A stretch of 64,000 nucleotides of DNA from an uncultured Chloroflexia bacterium (GCA_963728205.1 CAVSIV010000001.1:416001-480000), one strand, 5' to 3'. Numbered from the stretch's first letter, positions 37,003 to 46,436 are shown. Program-made: numbers and translations. Notes: generated by a model not told the origin, from the sequence alone.

Positions 37003-37775
37003 GCACACTCCGCCTCGCGCTGCGACAGGTGAAGTACGAGGACCTGGCGTTCCGCCGCAACCCGGTCGCGGCGTTCTTCACCTTCGTCTTCCCGCTGCTG
37101 TTCCTCGTGATCTTCAACCTGCTCTTCGGCAATGGCGACCTGCAGCTGCCGGGCGGCACGACCAACACCTCGACGTTTTACGTGCCGGCCATCGCCGCGT
37201 TCTCGGTGATCAACGCGTGCTACACCGGCCTCGCGATGAACGTCTCGATGGCGCGCGACAACGGCCAGCTCAAGCGGGTCGGCGGGACGCCGATGCCGAA
37301 GGGCGCCTACCTGCTGGGCAAGGTGCTCTACATGACGCTGGTGGCGGTCGCGCTCGTCGTGGTCGTCGTCGTCTTCGGCGTCCTCTTCTACCACGTGGAC
37401 GTGCCACGGCAGACGCTGCCAGCGTTCCTGGTGTCGCTCGCGGTCGGCGCCGCGGTGTTCTCGATGCTCGGTCTCGCGATCACCGCGTTCATCCCGAACG
37501 CCGACGCGTCGTCGGCGGTGGTGAACGCGACGGTGCTGCCGCTGCTGTTCATCTCCGACATCTTCATCCCGCCCAACGCGAACACGCCGTCGTGGCTGAG
37601 CCACCTGGCCGACGCGTTCCCGCTCAAGCACCTCTCGATCGCGCTGCAGACCGCGTACAACCCGTTCCAGTCCGGCGCAGGCTTCGAGCCGGGCCACCTG
37701 CTGGCGCTCGCGCTGTGGGGCGTCGCCGGCGCCGCGATCGCGATGTGGCGCTTCAGCTGGGAGCCGCGAACCTGA
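36999..37775 (+). CDS. ABC-2 exporter permease
   Basis: RNPVAAFFTF.FPL, R..G.LKR..TP; about 6 TM helices; GTGA overlap. Confidence 0.93.
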   Translation: MSTLRLALRQVKYEDLAFRRNPVAAFFTFVFPLLFLVIFNLLFGNGDLQLPGGTTNTSTFYVPAIAAFSVINACYTGLAMNVSMARDNGQLKRVGGTPMPKGAYLLGKVLYMTLVAVALVVVVVVFGVLFYHVDVPRQTLPAFLVSLAVGAAVFSMLGLAITAFIPNADASSAVVNATVLPLLFISDIFIPPNANTPSWLSHLADAFPLKHLSIALQTAYNPFQSGAGFEPGHLLALALWGVAGAAIAMWRFSWEPRT

Positions 37776-37858
37776 GCACCGGCCGGCCGTCCGCGGTCGC
37801 CCCGCTCTCCTCGGCGCAGCCCCCGCCCGCGAGCGGGCAGGGGACGCACCTGCGCGGC

Positions 37859-38698
37859 GTGGCGATCGTGGTCGCCGCCGTCCTCTGCCTCGTGCCGGAC
37901 GCGACGCTGGTCCGCCTCGCCGACGCCACCGACGCCCGCATCATCTTCTTCCGCACGCTCTGCGTCGCCGCGTCGCTGACGACGGTGGTGGTGCTGCGCT
38001 ACGGCCGTCGCACGGCGGCGTCTGTGCGCGCGATGGGCCGGCCGGGGCTCGCGGTGGCGTTGCTGTGGGGCGTCGTGCCGATCCTCTTCGTCTACGCGGT
38101 GGACCACACCGCGGTCGCGAACGCGCTGGTGATCGTTGCGACGGCGCCGCTGTTCGCGGCGCTGTTCACGTGGGTGCTGATCGGGGAGCGGGTGGAGCCG
38201 CGCGTGTTCGTCGCGGCCTTCGTCGCGCTCGGCGGCGTGCTGCTGACGTTCGCGAGCGCGCTGCGCGGCGGCGGCCTCGAGGGCAGCCTCGCGGCGCTGG
38301 CGCTGGCGGCGATCGTCGGCGCGAGCCTGACGACGATCCGCCGCTCCGGCCTCGCGGGCACCGACATGCTGCCGGCGTTTGCGCTCGCCGGCCTCGTCGC
38401 GGCGGCGGTGGTGTCGCCGTTCGCGTGGCCGCCGCGCATGAGCATGCACGACGTGGTGGTGATCGGGCTGCTGGGGGCCGTGCTGATCCCCGTCGCGCAG
38501 ATCCTGCTCACGCGGGGCACGCGCTACCTGTCGTCCCCCGAGGTCGGCCTGCTCATGCTGATCGAGACGATGCTGGCGCCGCTGCTGGCGTGGGCGGTCG
38601 TCGGCGAGGCGCCGCCGCCGCTGGCGGCGGCCGGGAGCGTGGTGGTCATCGGCGCGATCGCGGGCAACTCGGTGGTCGCGCTGCGTCGCTCGCATTAG
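37859..38698 (+). CDS. DMT/EamA-family transporter; start uncertain (could extend to about 37772)
   Basis: PDATLVRL, TAVANAL, PLFAALF...GER, EVGLLMLIE..LAP; about 10 TM helices. Confidence 0.88.
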   Translation: MAIVVAAVLCLVPDATLVRLADATDARIIFFRTLCVAASLTTVVVLRYGRRTAASVRAMGRPGLAVALLWGVVPILFVYAVDHTAVANALVIVATAPLFAALFTWVLIGERVEPRVFVAAFVALGGVLLTFASALRGGGLEGSLAALALAAIVGASLTTIRRSGLAGTDMLPAFALAGLVAAAVVSPFAWPPRMSMHDVVVIGLLGAVLIPVAQILLTRGTRYLSSPEVGLLMLIETMLAPLLAWAVVGEAPPPLAAAGSVVVIGAIAGNSVVALRRSH

Positions 38699-38858
38699 AA
38701 CGGGCCGCGGGGGGCGACGCCTGTGGCCCGCTGCCTCCGCGAACTCCGCGCGTCCCCGCGGAGAAATTCGACCGGTAGCGCGGAACTTATTAACATCCTG
38801 CCGGGTCCGCCGCTCCCGGTGCAGGCGGCCCCGGCGACGACGGGGAGGTCACGCGCTC

Positions 38859-40103
38859 GTGACGTTCGTCATCACACAGCCCTGCATCGACACGACCGAC
38901 AAGTCGTGCGTCGAAGTGTGCCCGGTCGACTGCATCCACTACGACGAGGGCACCGACCGGATGCTCTACATCGACCCGGTCGAGTGCATCGATTGCGGCG
39001 CGTGCCAGCCGGCGTGCCCGGTGAGCGCCATCTTCCCCGAGGGCGACGTCCCCGCCGATCAGCGTCCGTTCGTCGAGATCAACGCGCTCTGGTACCAGGA
39101 CAAGGCCGCTGCGCGCGCGAAGGTGCCGGGCGCCGGCGGCGCACCGGCCGCTCCTGCTGCACCGGCCGCCCCGGCCGCCGCGCCCGCCGAGCCCGCTGCC
39201 GCGCCGGCCGCCGAGGCCGCCGCCGCGCCTGCACCGGCCGCCGCCGAACCGGCCGCCGCCCCGGCGGAACCGGCCGCCGCGCCCGCAGGCGGCGTCGCCG
39301 TCGCGGCCGCCGCCACCGCGACGCCGCTCGACGCCGAGCCCCCCGTGAGCCAGGTGCCAGCCGCCACCGGCGCCGCCCCGGCACCGCATACCCTCACGCC
39401 CGTCGGCCTGGCCGCGCTCGCCGTGATCGCCGGCTGCTGGTTCGCCATCGTGAACTACCCGGGACCGGGATGGCTCCGGCTCGGGTGGCTCAAGATCAAC
39501 ATCGGCCCGTGGCACACGACCGGCGCCATCGGCATGACCGTCATCGTGCTGCTCCCCATCGCCCTCGTCGCGCTGCTCGTCCTGCTGCGCCACGAGACCG
39601 GCATGTTCGCGCGCTTCGCCGCGCGCCAGCCCCGCCGCGGCGATCCGTGGCGGCTCGCCAACTGGCGGCAGCTCCGCCGGAACGAGGAGTCGCGCCGCTA
39701 CTTCCAGACGAAGACCGTCCAGGAGATCGCCGACCAGCGCTTCCGCTTCCCGAACCCGGCGGAGCCGGACTACCGCGCGTATGTGAACCTCCCCGAGCCG
39801 CAGATCGCCGTCGAGATCGGGCCGGGCGGCGACAAGCTCTTCCCGGACATCGTCGTGACGCGCTCGCCCGGCAACTACCCGGCGATGGTGGCGATGGTCG
39901 AGACGCGGGAGACCGTCACGCGCGATCAGGCACAGTACGTGTGGAAGCGCCTCGAGAACCGCGCGGCGCCGCTGTACATCTACGTGCCGTCGGGCATGGC
40001 CGGGCAGGCGAGCGACTACGCGCGCGACGCCGACCTGCACAACTTCCGCATCCGCACCTGGCGCCGCGTCCCCGGCACCGGGATCGTCACCCGCGAGCTC
40101 TAG
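38859..40103 (+). CDS. Fusion protein: 7Fe ferredoxin, Ala/Pro linker, 2 TM helices and a cytoplasmic domain with a PD-(D/E)xK-like pattern
   Basis: FVITQPCIDTTDKSCVEVCPVDC...CIDCGACQPACP; GGAGG RBS; uninterrupted ORF; LFPDIVV...AMVET...W...LYIYVP. Confidence 0.85.
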   Translation: MTFVITQPCIDTTDKSCVEVCPVDCIHYDEGTDRMLYIDPVECIDCGACQPACPVSAIFPEGDVPADQRPFVEINALWYQDKAAARAKVPGAGGAPAAPAAPAAPAAAPAEPAAAPAAEAAAAPAPAAAEPAAAPAEPAAAPAGGVAVAAAATATPLDAEPPVSQVPAATGAAPAPHTLTPVGLAALAVIAGCWFAIVNYPGPGWLRLGWLKINIGPWHTTGAIGMTVIVLLPIALVALLVLLRHETGMFARFAARQPRRGDPWRLANWRQLRRNEESRRYFQTKTVQEIADQRFRFPNPAEPDYRAYVNLPEPQIAVEIGPGGDKLFPDIVVTRSPGNYPAMVAMVETRETVTRDQAQYVWKRLENRAAPLYIYVPSGMAGQASDYARDADLHNFRIRTWRRVPGTGIVTREL

Positions 40104-40129
40104 CCACGGCCTTCGCATGATCGACGGGG

Positions 40130-40156
40130 GAGGGGAGGTCGGCCTGACCTCCCCTC
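40130..40156 (+). terminator. Hairpin downstream of the ferredoxin fusion gene
   Basis: GAGGGGAGGTC-ggcct-GACCTCCCCTC, 11-bp stem; no U-tract. Confidence 0.5.
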
Positions 40157-40196
40157 GCTACGCCCGGGCGTTCTCGCGCACCGCGCGAGAACGGGA

Positions 40197-40817
40197 GTGC
40201 CGTCCGTGAACGCCGATCAGCAGGCGACGCGCGCGGCGAAGGCCGCCATTCGCGCCGAGGCGCTCGCGGCGCGCCGCGCGCTCGACGCCGACGCCCGCCG
40301 CGCCCTCTCGCTTTCGATCGCCGAGCGCGTCACGCGGCTCGACGCCTTCCGGCGCGCGAGCGTCGTCCACTGCTACATCGACGCCCGCGACGGCGAGGTC
40401 GCCACGCGCGACCTCGTCGCGCGCATGCTTCGCTCCGGCCGCCGCGTCGTCTGTCCCCGCGCCGAGCGCCGTCCGCGCCGGCTCGAGCACTACGCGATCC
40501 GATTGCTGGACGACCTCGAGGAGACCGCGCTCGGCCTCTGGGAGCCGGACCCCGCCCGTGCTCGCACCGTCGACCCCGCCGAGGCGGAGCTCGTGCTCGT
40601 CCCCGGCATCGCGTTCGACCCGCTCGGCTGGCGCATCGGCTACGGCGCCGGCTACTACGACCGCTTTCTCGCGACGAGCAGGGCGGAGACCGTCGGCCTC
40701 GCCTACTCGCTGCAGCTGCGCGCCGCGATCCCGCACGAGCCGCACGACGTGCCGCTCGACCGCATCGTCACCGAGATCGAGACGATCGACTGCCGCGCCG
40801 CACGCGCGGCGCCCTGA
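40197..40817 (+). CDS. 5-formyltetrahydrofolate cyclo-ligase
   Basis: K..IR, GEV, EP, VPGIAFD..G.RIGYGAGYYDRFL, EPHDVPLD.IVTE. Confidence 0.95.
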   Translation: MPSVNADQQATRAAKAAIRAEALAARRALDADARRALSLSIAERVTRLDAFRRASVVHCYIDARDGEVATRDLVARMLRSGRRVVCPRAERRPRRLEHYAIRLLDDLEETALGLWEPDPARARTVDPAEAELVLVPGIAFDPLGWRIGYGAGYYDRFLATSRAETVGLAYSLQLRAAIPHEPHDVPLDRIVTEIETIDCRAARAAP

Positions 40818-40846
40818 CGACGCGCGTGCGACCGCCGCCCTCCACC

Positions 40847-40875
40847 TTGCCCGCCCTCACCCCGCTCCGTACAAT
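40847..40875 (+). promoter_or_regulatory. Sigma70-type promoter for the tRNA and miaB
   Basis: TTGCCC-N17-TACAAT. Confidence 0.7.
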
Positions 40876-40894
40876 CACGGGACCCGCTGCTTCC

Positions 40895-40986
40895 GGAGGG
40901 GTCGCATAGTGGTCTAGTGCGGGCGCCTGCTAAGCGCTTACCGTGGGAAACTGCGGTCGAGGGTTCGAATCCCTCCCCCTCCGCCA
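40895..40986 (+). tRNA. tRNA-Ser (anticodon GCT)
   Basis: Acceptor stem GGAGGGG/CCCCTCC, anticodon loop CT-GCT-AA, long variable arm, GGTTCGAATCC T-arm, encoded GCCA end. Confidence 0.96.
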
Positions 40987-41033
40987 CCAATCCGCATCGC
41001 GCGCGCTCGGTGCCCAGCCGCCCGGAGACGGTC

Positions 41034-42401
41034 ATGGCGACGTTCCACATCTGGACGCTCGGCTGCCAGATGAACCAGGCCGACTCGCTCAAGCTCGCCG
41101 CCGGCCTCGAGCGGCTCGGCTACCGCGCGACCGACTCCGAGGACGACGCCGACCTCGTCGTCATCAACACCTGCGCCGTCCGGCAGCACGCCGAGGACCG
41201 CGCCTACTCGCGGCTCGGCGTCCTCCGCAAGCGACGCGAGCAGGGCGCGGCGACGAAGATCGCCGTCATGGGCTGCATGGTCGGCCCGAAGACCGACGAC
41301 CTCGCGCGCCGCTTCCCGCAGGTCGACGCCTGGGCGCGCCCCCAGCAGTTCGACCCGATCCTGCGCCTCGCCGCGCACGCGACCGCGCCCGGCGACCCCG
41401 ACACCATCCCGCTGCGGGACGTCTCGCAGGGCGAGCTCGGCGCGGACCTCGGCGCGGTCCTCGGGGACGGCATGAGCCGCACGTACGGGCTGCCGACCGG
41501 TCCGACCGCGTACGTCCCGGTCATCCACGGCTGCGACAAGTTCTGCACCTACTGCATCGTTCCGCTGCGGCGTGGCCGCGAGCTGTCGCGTCCCGTCGCC
41601 GACATCCTCCACGAGGTCCGCTTCCTCGCCGACCACGGCGTGCGCGAGATCACGCTGCTGGGCCAGACCATCGAGGCGTACGGCCACGACCTCGCGACCG
41701 CTGACGGCGCGCGTCCCGATCTCGCCACGCTGTTCGAGGGGATCGAGGCGATCGACGGCGTTGCCCGCATGCGCTTCCTCACCTCGTATCCGAAGGACAT
41801 GACCGACCGCATCATCGACGCCGTCGCCGACCTGCCGAAGGTGTGTGAGCACTTCAACATCCCGGTGCAGTCCGGCTCGAACGCGATGCTCGACCGGATG
41901 CGCCGCGGCTACACCGTCGAGGAGTTCGAGGAGCGCGTCGCGCGCATCCGCTCGCGCATGCCCGACGCCGCGATCTCGACGGACGTCATCGTCGGCTGCC
42001 CCGGCGAGACGGAGGCGGAGTTCCAGGAGACCGTCGACCTGCTGGAGCGCGTGCAGTTCAACGTCGTGCACGTCGCCGCCTATTCGCCGCGCCCCGGCAC
42101 GTTCGCCGCGCGCAGGATGCCGGACGACGTGCCCCTCGCGGTGAAGAAGGAGCGGCTGCAGGTCGTGGAGGCGATCCATGCGGCGTCGGCCGCGCGGCAC
42201 AACGAGCGCATGCTCGGCCGCACCGTCGACGTGCTCGTCGAGCGCGAGGAGCAGGGCCGCGCCACCGGTCGCGCGCGCGGCGGGCAGCTCGTTCACTTCG
42301 AGGGCGTGCGCCGTCTCGGCCGCGTCGTCGACGTCACCATCGAGCAGGCCACCCCGTGGTCGCTGCAGGGCCGCCTCGCCGACGCCATCGCGCTGGTGTA
42401 G
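41034..42401 (+). CDS. miaB: tRNA-i6A37 methylthiotransferase
   Basis: TLGCQMN, INTCAVR..AE, GC.V, GCDKFCTYCIVP..RGRE, C-terminal TRAM domain. Confidence 0.95.
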   Translation: MATFHIWTLGCQMNQADSLKLAAGLERLGYRATDSEDDADLVVINTCAVRQHAEDRAYSRLGVLRKRREQGAATKIAVMGCMVGPKTDDLARRFPQVDAWARPQQFDPILRLAAHATAPGDPDTIPLRDVSQGELGADLGAVLGDGMSRTYGLPTGPTAYVPVIHGCDKFCTYCIVPLRRGRELSRPVADILHEVRFLADHGVREITLLGQTIEAYGHDLATADGARPDLATLFEGIEAIDGVARMRFLTSYPKDMTDRIIDAVADLPKVCEHFNIPVQSGSNAMLDRMRRGYTVEEFEERVARIRSRMPDAAISTDVIVGCPGETEAEFQETVDLLERVQFNVVHVAAYSPRPGTFAARRMPDDVPLAVKKERLQVVEAIHAASAARHNERMLGRTVDVLVEREEQGRATGRARGGQLVHFEGVRRLGRVVDVTIEQATPWSLQGRLADAIALV

Positions 42402-42444
42402 GTCGCGCGGCGCTCGCGGTGGCGGGCGGTTGCGGGGCCCGTGC

Positions 42445-42531
42445 TTCGTGGTTCGACTTCGCTCACCACGAACGGTCGGCAGAGGGGGTGCGGCGGCGTC
42501 CCGTTCGTGGTGAGCGAAGTCGAACCACGAA
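42445..42531. repeat. REP-like inverted doublet (perfect 31-bp arms)
   Basis: TTCGTGGTTCGACTTCGCTCACCACGAACGG at 42445-42475 and its exact reverse complement at 42501-42531. Confidence 0.9.
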
Positions 42532-42536
42532 CCTGT

Positions 42537-43190
42537 ATGTTCGATCCCATGGGGAGCGGACCGCTCGTCGCCACCATCGTCGTCATCTTCAGCGTGCTCG
42601 ACGGCTCGCTGCAGGTGCTGCTCGTGCACCGGTCGTCCGACCCCGAGCACGGCAAGTGGGCGTTGCCCGGAGGGCGCTGGGACGGCTCGGAGTCCCTCGA
42701 GGCCTCCGCCACCCGCAAGCTCGTCGAGGAGACCGGTGCCCGCGGCGTCTACCTCGAGCAGCTCTTCACGCTGAGCGACCTCGACGCCAGCCGCGACGCC
42801 ACCGTCGCCGTCGCCTACTTCGCGCTCGTCGAAGCGTCGCGCGTGCGGCTGCGCGAGGAGGAGGAGTGGCTGCCGCAGTGGCACCGCGTGGACGCGCTGC
42901 CGGACCTCGCGTTCCACAACAACCAGGTGATCGACCAGGCCGTCGAGCGCGTCGGCGCGAAGCTCGACTACACGAACATCGCCTACGGCTTGCTGCCCGA
43001 CCAGTTCACGCTGCGCGAGCTGCAGACCACCTACGAGGCGATCCTGCGCGACTCGCTCGACCGCCGGAACTTCCGCAAGCGCATGATCTCGACCGGGCTC
43101 ATCGAGCCGACCGGCGAGCACCGCCGCGAGGGGGCACACCGCCCCGCGCTCCTCTACCGATTCACGAGCCGCGAACCCGTATTCCTGTAG
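42537..43190 (+). CDS. nrtR: NrtR-family regulator (Nudix domain plus winged HTH)
   Basis: LQVLL, WALPGG, LEQLFT, LAF, FTLRELQ..YEAIL...LDRRNFRK, HRPA.LYRF; nad operon nearby. Confidence 0.9.
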   Translation: MFDPMGSGPLVATIVVIFSVLDGSLQVLLVHRSSDPEHGKWALPGGRWDGSESLEASATRKLVEETGARGVYLEQLFTLSDLDASRDATVAVAYFALVEASRVRLREEEEWLPQWHRVDALPDLAFHNNQVIDQAVERVGAKLDYTNIAYGLLPDQFTLRELQTTYEAILRDSLDRRNFRKRMISTGLIEPTGEHRREGAHRPALLYRFTSREPVFL

Positions 43191-43240
43191 GGGCCGGGGT
43201 CCCGGTCCAGATGCTCGTCAACTGGTAGATCTGCGGGAGC

Positions 43241-43263
43241 TGGCAACTTCCGTCGTGTTGCCA
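43241..43263. promoter_or_regulatory. Putative autoregulatory operator of the TA operon
   Basis: TGGCAAC-N9-GTTGCCA inverted repeat followed by TAACAT. Confidence 0.6.
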
Positions 43264-43313
43264 CATTTGCTAACATCTGCTGCCTGAGCCTGCATCCGAG
43301 ATCGGAGGGGGTC

Positions 43314-43598
43314 GTGGCAGAGTCCGCGCCCGTTCAGGAGGCCACGGCGCACACGCGGGTGGACGGGCAGGGCCGCGTCCTGATCCCCGCTGACATGCGG
43401 CGCGCGCTGGGCCTGAAGGAGGGGGATCGGGTCACGCTGGTGCTCGAAGACGGCGGCCTGACGCTGCTGACCGCTCGGGAGTCCGTGCGGCGGGTGCGAG
43501 AGGCGTTCGCCCCGTATCTCACGCCGGGGACGTCGCTCGTGGACGATCTGCTCGCAGATCGCCGCGCGGAGGTGGAGCGGGAAGCGGGCGGCTCGTGA
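43314..43598 (+). CDS. AbrB/MazE-fold antitoxin (VapB-type)
   Basis: VDGQGRVLIPADMRRALGLKEGD; SLVDDLLADRRAE. Confidence 0.92.
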   Translation: MAESAPVQEATAHTRVDGQGRVLIPADMRRALGLKEGDRVTLVLEDGGLTLLTARESVRRVREAFAPYLTPGTSLVDDLLADRRAEVEREAGGS

Positions 43599-43608
43599 TT
43601 CCGCCCGC

Positions 43609-44007
43609 GTGGTCGCGTTGAGCGAGGTCGTCCTGGACGCCTCTGCGGTCCTCGCGGTGATCGCGGGGGAGCCGGGCGCTGACGTGGTGCTGGCCGCGGC
43701 CGAGTCGTCCGACGCCCTGGTCGGCGCCGTCAACCTCGCGGAGGTGGCGACGAAGCTGATCGAACGCGGCGTGGACCGTGCGCTGGCCGAGACGCAGATC
43801 GGGCGGCTGCCGTTCGCGTGCGTCGCCTTCGATCAGCGGCTCGCATACGTGGCGGGCGAACTGCGAGCGGCGACGCGGGATCGCGGGCTCTCGCTCGGGG
43901 ATCGCGCCTGCCTTGCGCTCGCGGTCGAGCGCGGCGCGAAGGCGCTCACGGCCGACCGTGCATGGGATGCGCTCGACGTCGGCGTGCCGATCGATGTGAT
44001 TCGCTAG
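43609..44007 (+). CDS. vapC: PIN-domain toxin
   Basis: VLDASAVLA, VNLAEV, LSLGDRACLALA, LTADRAW. Confidence 0.93.
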   Translation: MVALSEVVLDASAVLAVIAGEPGADVVLAAAESSDALVGAVNLAEVATKLIERGVDRALAETQIGRLPFACVAFDQRLAYVAGELRAATRDRGLSLGDRACLALAVERGAKALTADRAWDALDVGVPIDVIR

Positions 44008-44174
44008 CCATCGGCCCATGCGCGCCGGCCGGGTCGCCGTCGCCGGTTTCCTGTAGGCTCGGACCCGCCCGCGTGGCCACGACGCCCGCTGGAACGGAGA
44101 TCCATCGTGTCCGCTCTCCCCGACATCGCCGCGCCTGCCGCGACGCGCGCGCTCCGGATGCGGGTTCGCCGGTC

Positions 44175-45119
44175 GTGACGGATCGCCCGCTCTCGTTCGG
44201 CGTGCTGCCCGGCGGCTCGACGCCCGAGGAGTTCCTGGCCGGCGCGCAGACGGCCGAGGCGCTCGGCTTCGACTCCGTCTGGGTTGGCGATCACGTGCTG
44301 TGGCACGTCTTCTGGCTCGAGCCGATGTCGCTGCTCGCGGCCGCTTCCGCCGTGACCGAGCGCGTCGCGCTGGGCACGGGGGTGCTGCTCGCGGCGCTCC
44401 GCCGCGCCGCGCCGCTCGCCAAGCGCACCGCCACCATGCAGTGGCTCTCCCACGGCCGGTTCCGGCTCGGCGTCGGCACCGGCGGTGAGTACCCGAAGGA
44501 GTTCGAGGCGTCGGGCGTCCCGCTGCACCAGCGCGGCGCCTATCTCGACGCCACGCTCGAGGCGCTGCAGGCCCTGTGGTCCGGCGAGAAAGTGTCGATC
44601 CACAATCGCGCGATCGACGTCGACGACGCCCGGCTCGACGTCGTTCCCGACGTGCCCATCCCGATCTGGGTGGGCGGGCGTGCCGAGGCGGCGCAGGTGC
44701 GCGCCGCTCGCTTCGGCGACGCCTGGATGCCGTTCGTGATCACGCCCGAGCACTTCGCCGCGGGCTGGGCGCGCGTGCGCGACGAGGCCGAGCGCCGCGG
44801 CCGCGATCCCGACCTGCTGATTCCCGGCGTCCAGATGTGGGGCCAGTTCGACGCCGACTTCGCCGAGGCGCTCGGAACCATGGCCGCACGCATCGAGGCG
44901 ACGTACCGGACCCCCTTCGAGCGGTTCGAGCGCTTCACCGTCTACGGCGACGCCGACATGTGGGACGCGCGCCTGCGCGAGTTCATCGACGCCGGCGTTC
45001 GTCACTTCAACTTCGTGTTCGCCGGCGGCGACCGCGTCGCCCAGCTCACTCACGTCGCGACGGAGGTCGTGCCGCGCCTGCAGGCGGATCACGGCGAGCG
45101 GTCGCAGCCGAGCGCCTGA
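44175..45119 (+). CDS. LLM-class flavin- or F420-dependent oxidoreductase
   Basis: AEALGFDSVWVGDH, GRFRLGVG.G....EF, PIWVGG, ARFGDAW. Confidence 0.9.
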   Translation: MTDRPLSFGVLPGGSTPEEFLAGAQTAEALGFDSVWVGDHVLWHVFWLEPMSLLAAASAVTERVALGTGVLLAALRRAAPLAKRTATMQWLSHGRFRLGVGTGGEYPKEFEASGVPLHQRGAYLDATLEALQALWSGEKVSIHNRAIDVDDARLDVVPDVPIPIWVGGRAEAAQVRAARFGDAWMPFVITPEHFAAGWARVRDEAERRGRDPDLLIPGVQMWGQFDADFAEALGTMAARIEATYRTPFERFERFTVYGDADMWDARLREFIDAGVRHFNFVFAGGDRVAQLTHVATEVVPRLQADHGERSQPSA

Positions 45120-45142
45120 GTCGTCCGCGCGTCGGCAGCCGG

Positions 45143-46006
45143 CTACTGGTCCTGGAGCAGCGCCACGCGCTGCAGCGCCCGCACCCGGCCTTCGAGCCAT
45201 TCGTCGCCGCCGAGCCGATCGAGCGCGAGGAGCAGCGGTTCCACGAGCCAGCGCGCCGACGCCGGCGGCGGCTGCATGGGCTCGAACTCCGTGCCGAAGC
45301 CGCGCGTCTGCGCGGCGAGTCGCGCCGCGAGCACCAGCGCGGGAAGGCTGCGGCGCGTGTGCGCGACGTCCTCCGGGCCGACGGCGCCCTCGAGTAGCAC
45401 CTGCACGAGCCAGCCGGGGAATCCCCACCGCAGCGCCAGCGCGCTCGCCAGCTCCGCCTCGGCGAAGCCGTAGACGGCGGCCTCTGCCTCCGCCACAGGC
45501 AGACGGCTGTCGCGGACGAGCCGCGCCACCTGAGCGAATCGGTCTGGCGTGTGTTGATCCATGACCAGCCGGCCGATCGCGTGGAAGAACCCGGCGGGAA
45601 AGGCCTCGTCCACGAGCAGCCCGTCCATCATCGCCGACACCGTCGCGAGCGTGCCCACCGCCCCCGCGTACCGCCAGAATTCCAGCGCGTCGAGGTGCGT
45701 CGTCGGCTCCGAGAGCTCCGTGACCGTCGTCGACGCGAGCGAGCCGGAGTGCACGCGTCGAAAGCCGAGGTCGCGCATGGCGCTGGCCGTGTCGGCGATG
45801 GGTGGGATGCCGGCCGTGCCGGAGACGTTCCGGAAGCGCTCGCTCAGCCGCTGGCTGCCGGACTCGACGAGCGTAGCGAGCACCTCGTTCGCGCCGCGGT
45901 CGCGCTCGCGGATCGCGAGGAGCTGCGCGGCGATGCCGCATGTGGGGTGGCGCTCGACGACCTGTGCCGCGAGCCGGTCGAGCTGCGTTGACGGGGGGTC
46001 GGTCAC
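45143..46006 (-). CDS. Degenerate HDOD-domain protein
   Basis: LGFRRV, FW, EAFPAGFFHAIGRL.MDQH, E...GF...EL..ALA.RW.FP; GTG overlaps the upstream stop. Confidence 0.8.
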   Translation of the reverse strand: MTDPPSTQLDRLAAQVVERHPTCGIAAQLLAIRERDRGANEVLATLVESGSQRLSERFRNVSGTAGIPPIADTASAMRDLGFRRVHSGSLASTTVTELSEPTTHLDALEFWRYAGAVGTLATVSAMMDGLLVDEAFPAGFFHAIGRLVMDQHTPDRFAQVARLVRDSRLPVAEAEAAVYGFAEAELASALALRWGFPGWLVQVLLEGAVGPEDVAHTRRSLPALVLAARLAAQTRGFGTEFEPMQPPPASARWLVEPLLLALDRLGGDEWLEGRVRALQRVALLQDQ

Positions 46007-46356
46007 GACTGGCTCGGCGAGGACTCCGTGCGGCTGCCGTCGCGAGTGGCGGCCAGGTGGCAGGCACAGGTACAGCGATGCCTGCCGGCGCGAAGGCGGC
46101 CGTCGGGGTCCGGCAGCGCGCCCAGGGCGCGGGTGGGGTTGCTCGCGTGACCGCGGCAGAAGCCGTGGAACGCGGTGGCGGGCTCGCCGCGCCGCTCGCG
46201 CGCGGCGGCGATAGCGCAGGGGAGGAAGAGACGGTCGGTCGCGCGCGGGGCGACCGGGACGATGGAGACGCCCCGGGGCGCGCGAAGCGGCGCCGCAGGT
46301 CGCGCCGGGGTCGGCGCAGGGTGTCGTGGTGGAGCGGGGGCGGCGACGGGGGTCAT
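46003..46356 (-). CDS. Small hypothetical protein with a Cys/His cluster (C...H..C...CTCACH), probably metal-binding
   Basis: GGAGAGG RBS before ATG 46356; stop overlaps the HDOD start (GTGA). Confidence 0.6.
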   Translation of the reverse strand: MTPVAAPAPPRHPAPTPARPAAPLRAPRGVSIVPVAPRATDRLFLPCAIAAARERRGEPATAFHGFCRGHASNPTRALGALPDPDGRLRAGRHRCTCACHLAATRDGSRTESSPSQS

Positions 46357-46436
46357 CGCGAGCGTGCCTCTCCAGGTTGGGCGAAGGGAGGCAGGGGGCG
46401 CGGACCGGCGCACCCCCCACCATGAGCCGGACGCGG

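Noticed and set aside
39130-39330. Short tandem repeats (GCCGCCCCG/GAACCG-type) in the ferredoxin fusion and similar linkers at 18340-18450 and 19920-20270
   Set aside because: They encode Ala/Pro-rich flexible linkers and are not independent DNA elements
40104-40196. 6S RNA upstream of the 5-formyl-THF cyclo-ligase gene
   Set aside because: The spacer is only about 90 bp and contains a simple hairpin; too short for 6S RNA
40895-40986. tRNA-Sec or suppressor tRNA, suggested by the long variable arm
   Set aside because: Anticodon is GCT with a normal 7-bp acceptor stem, so this is an ordinary tRNA-Ser
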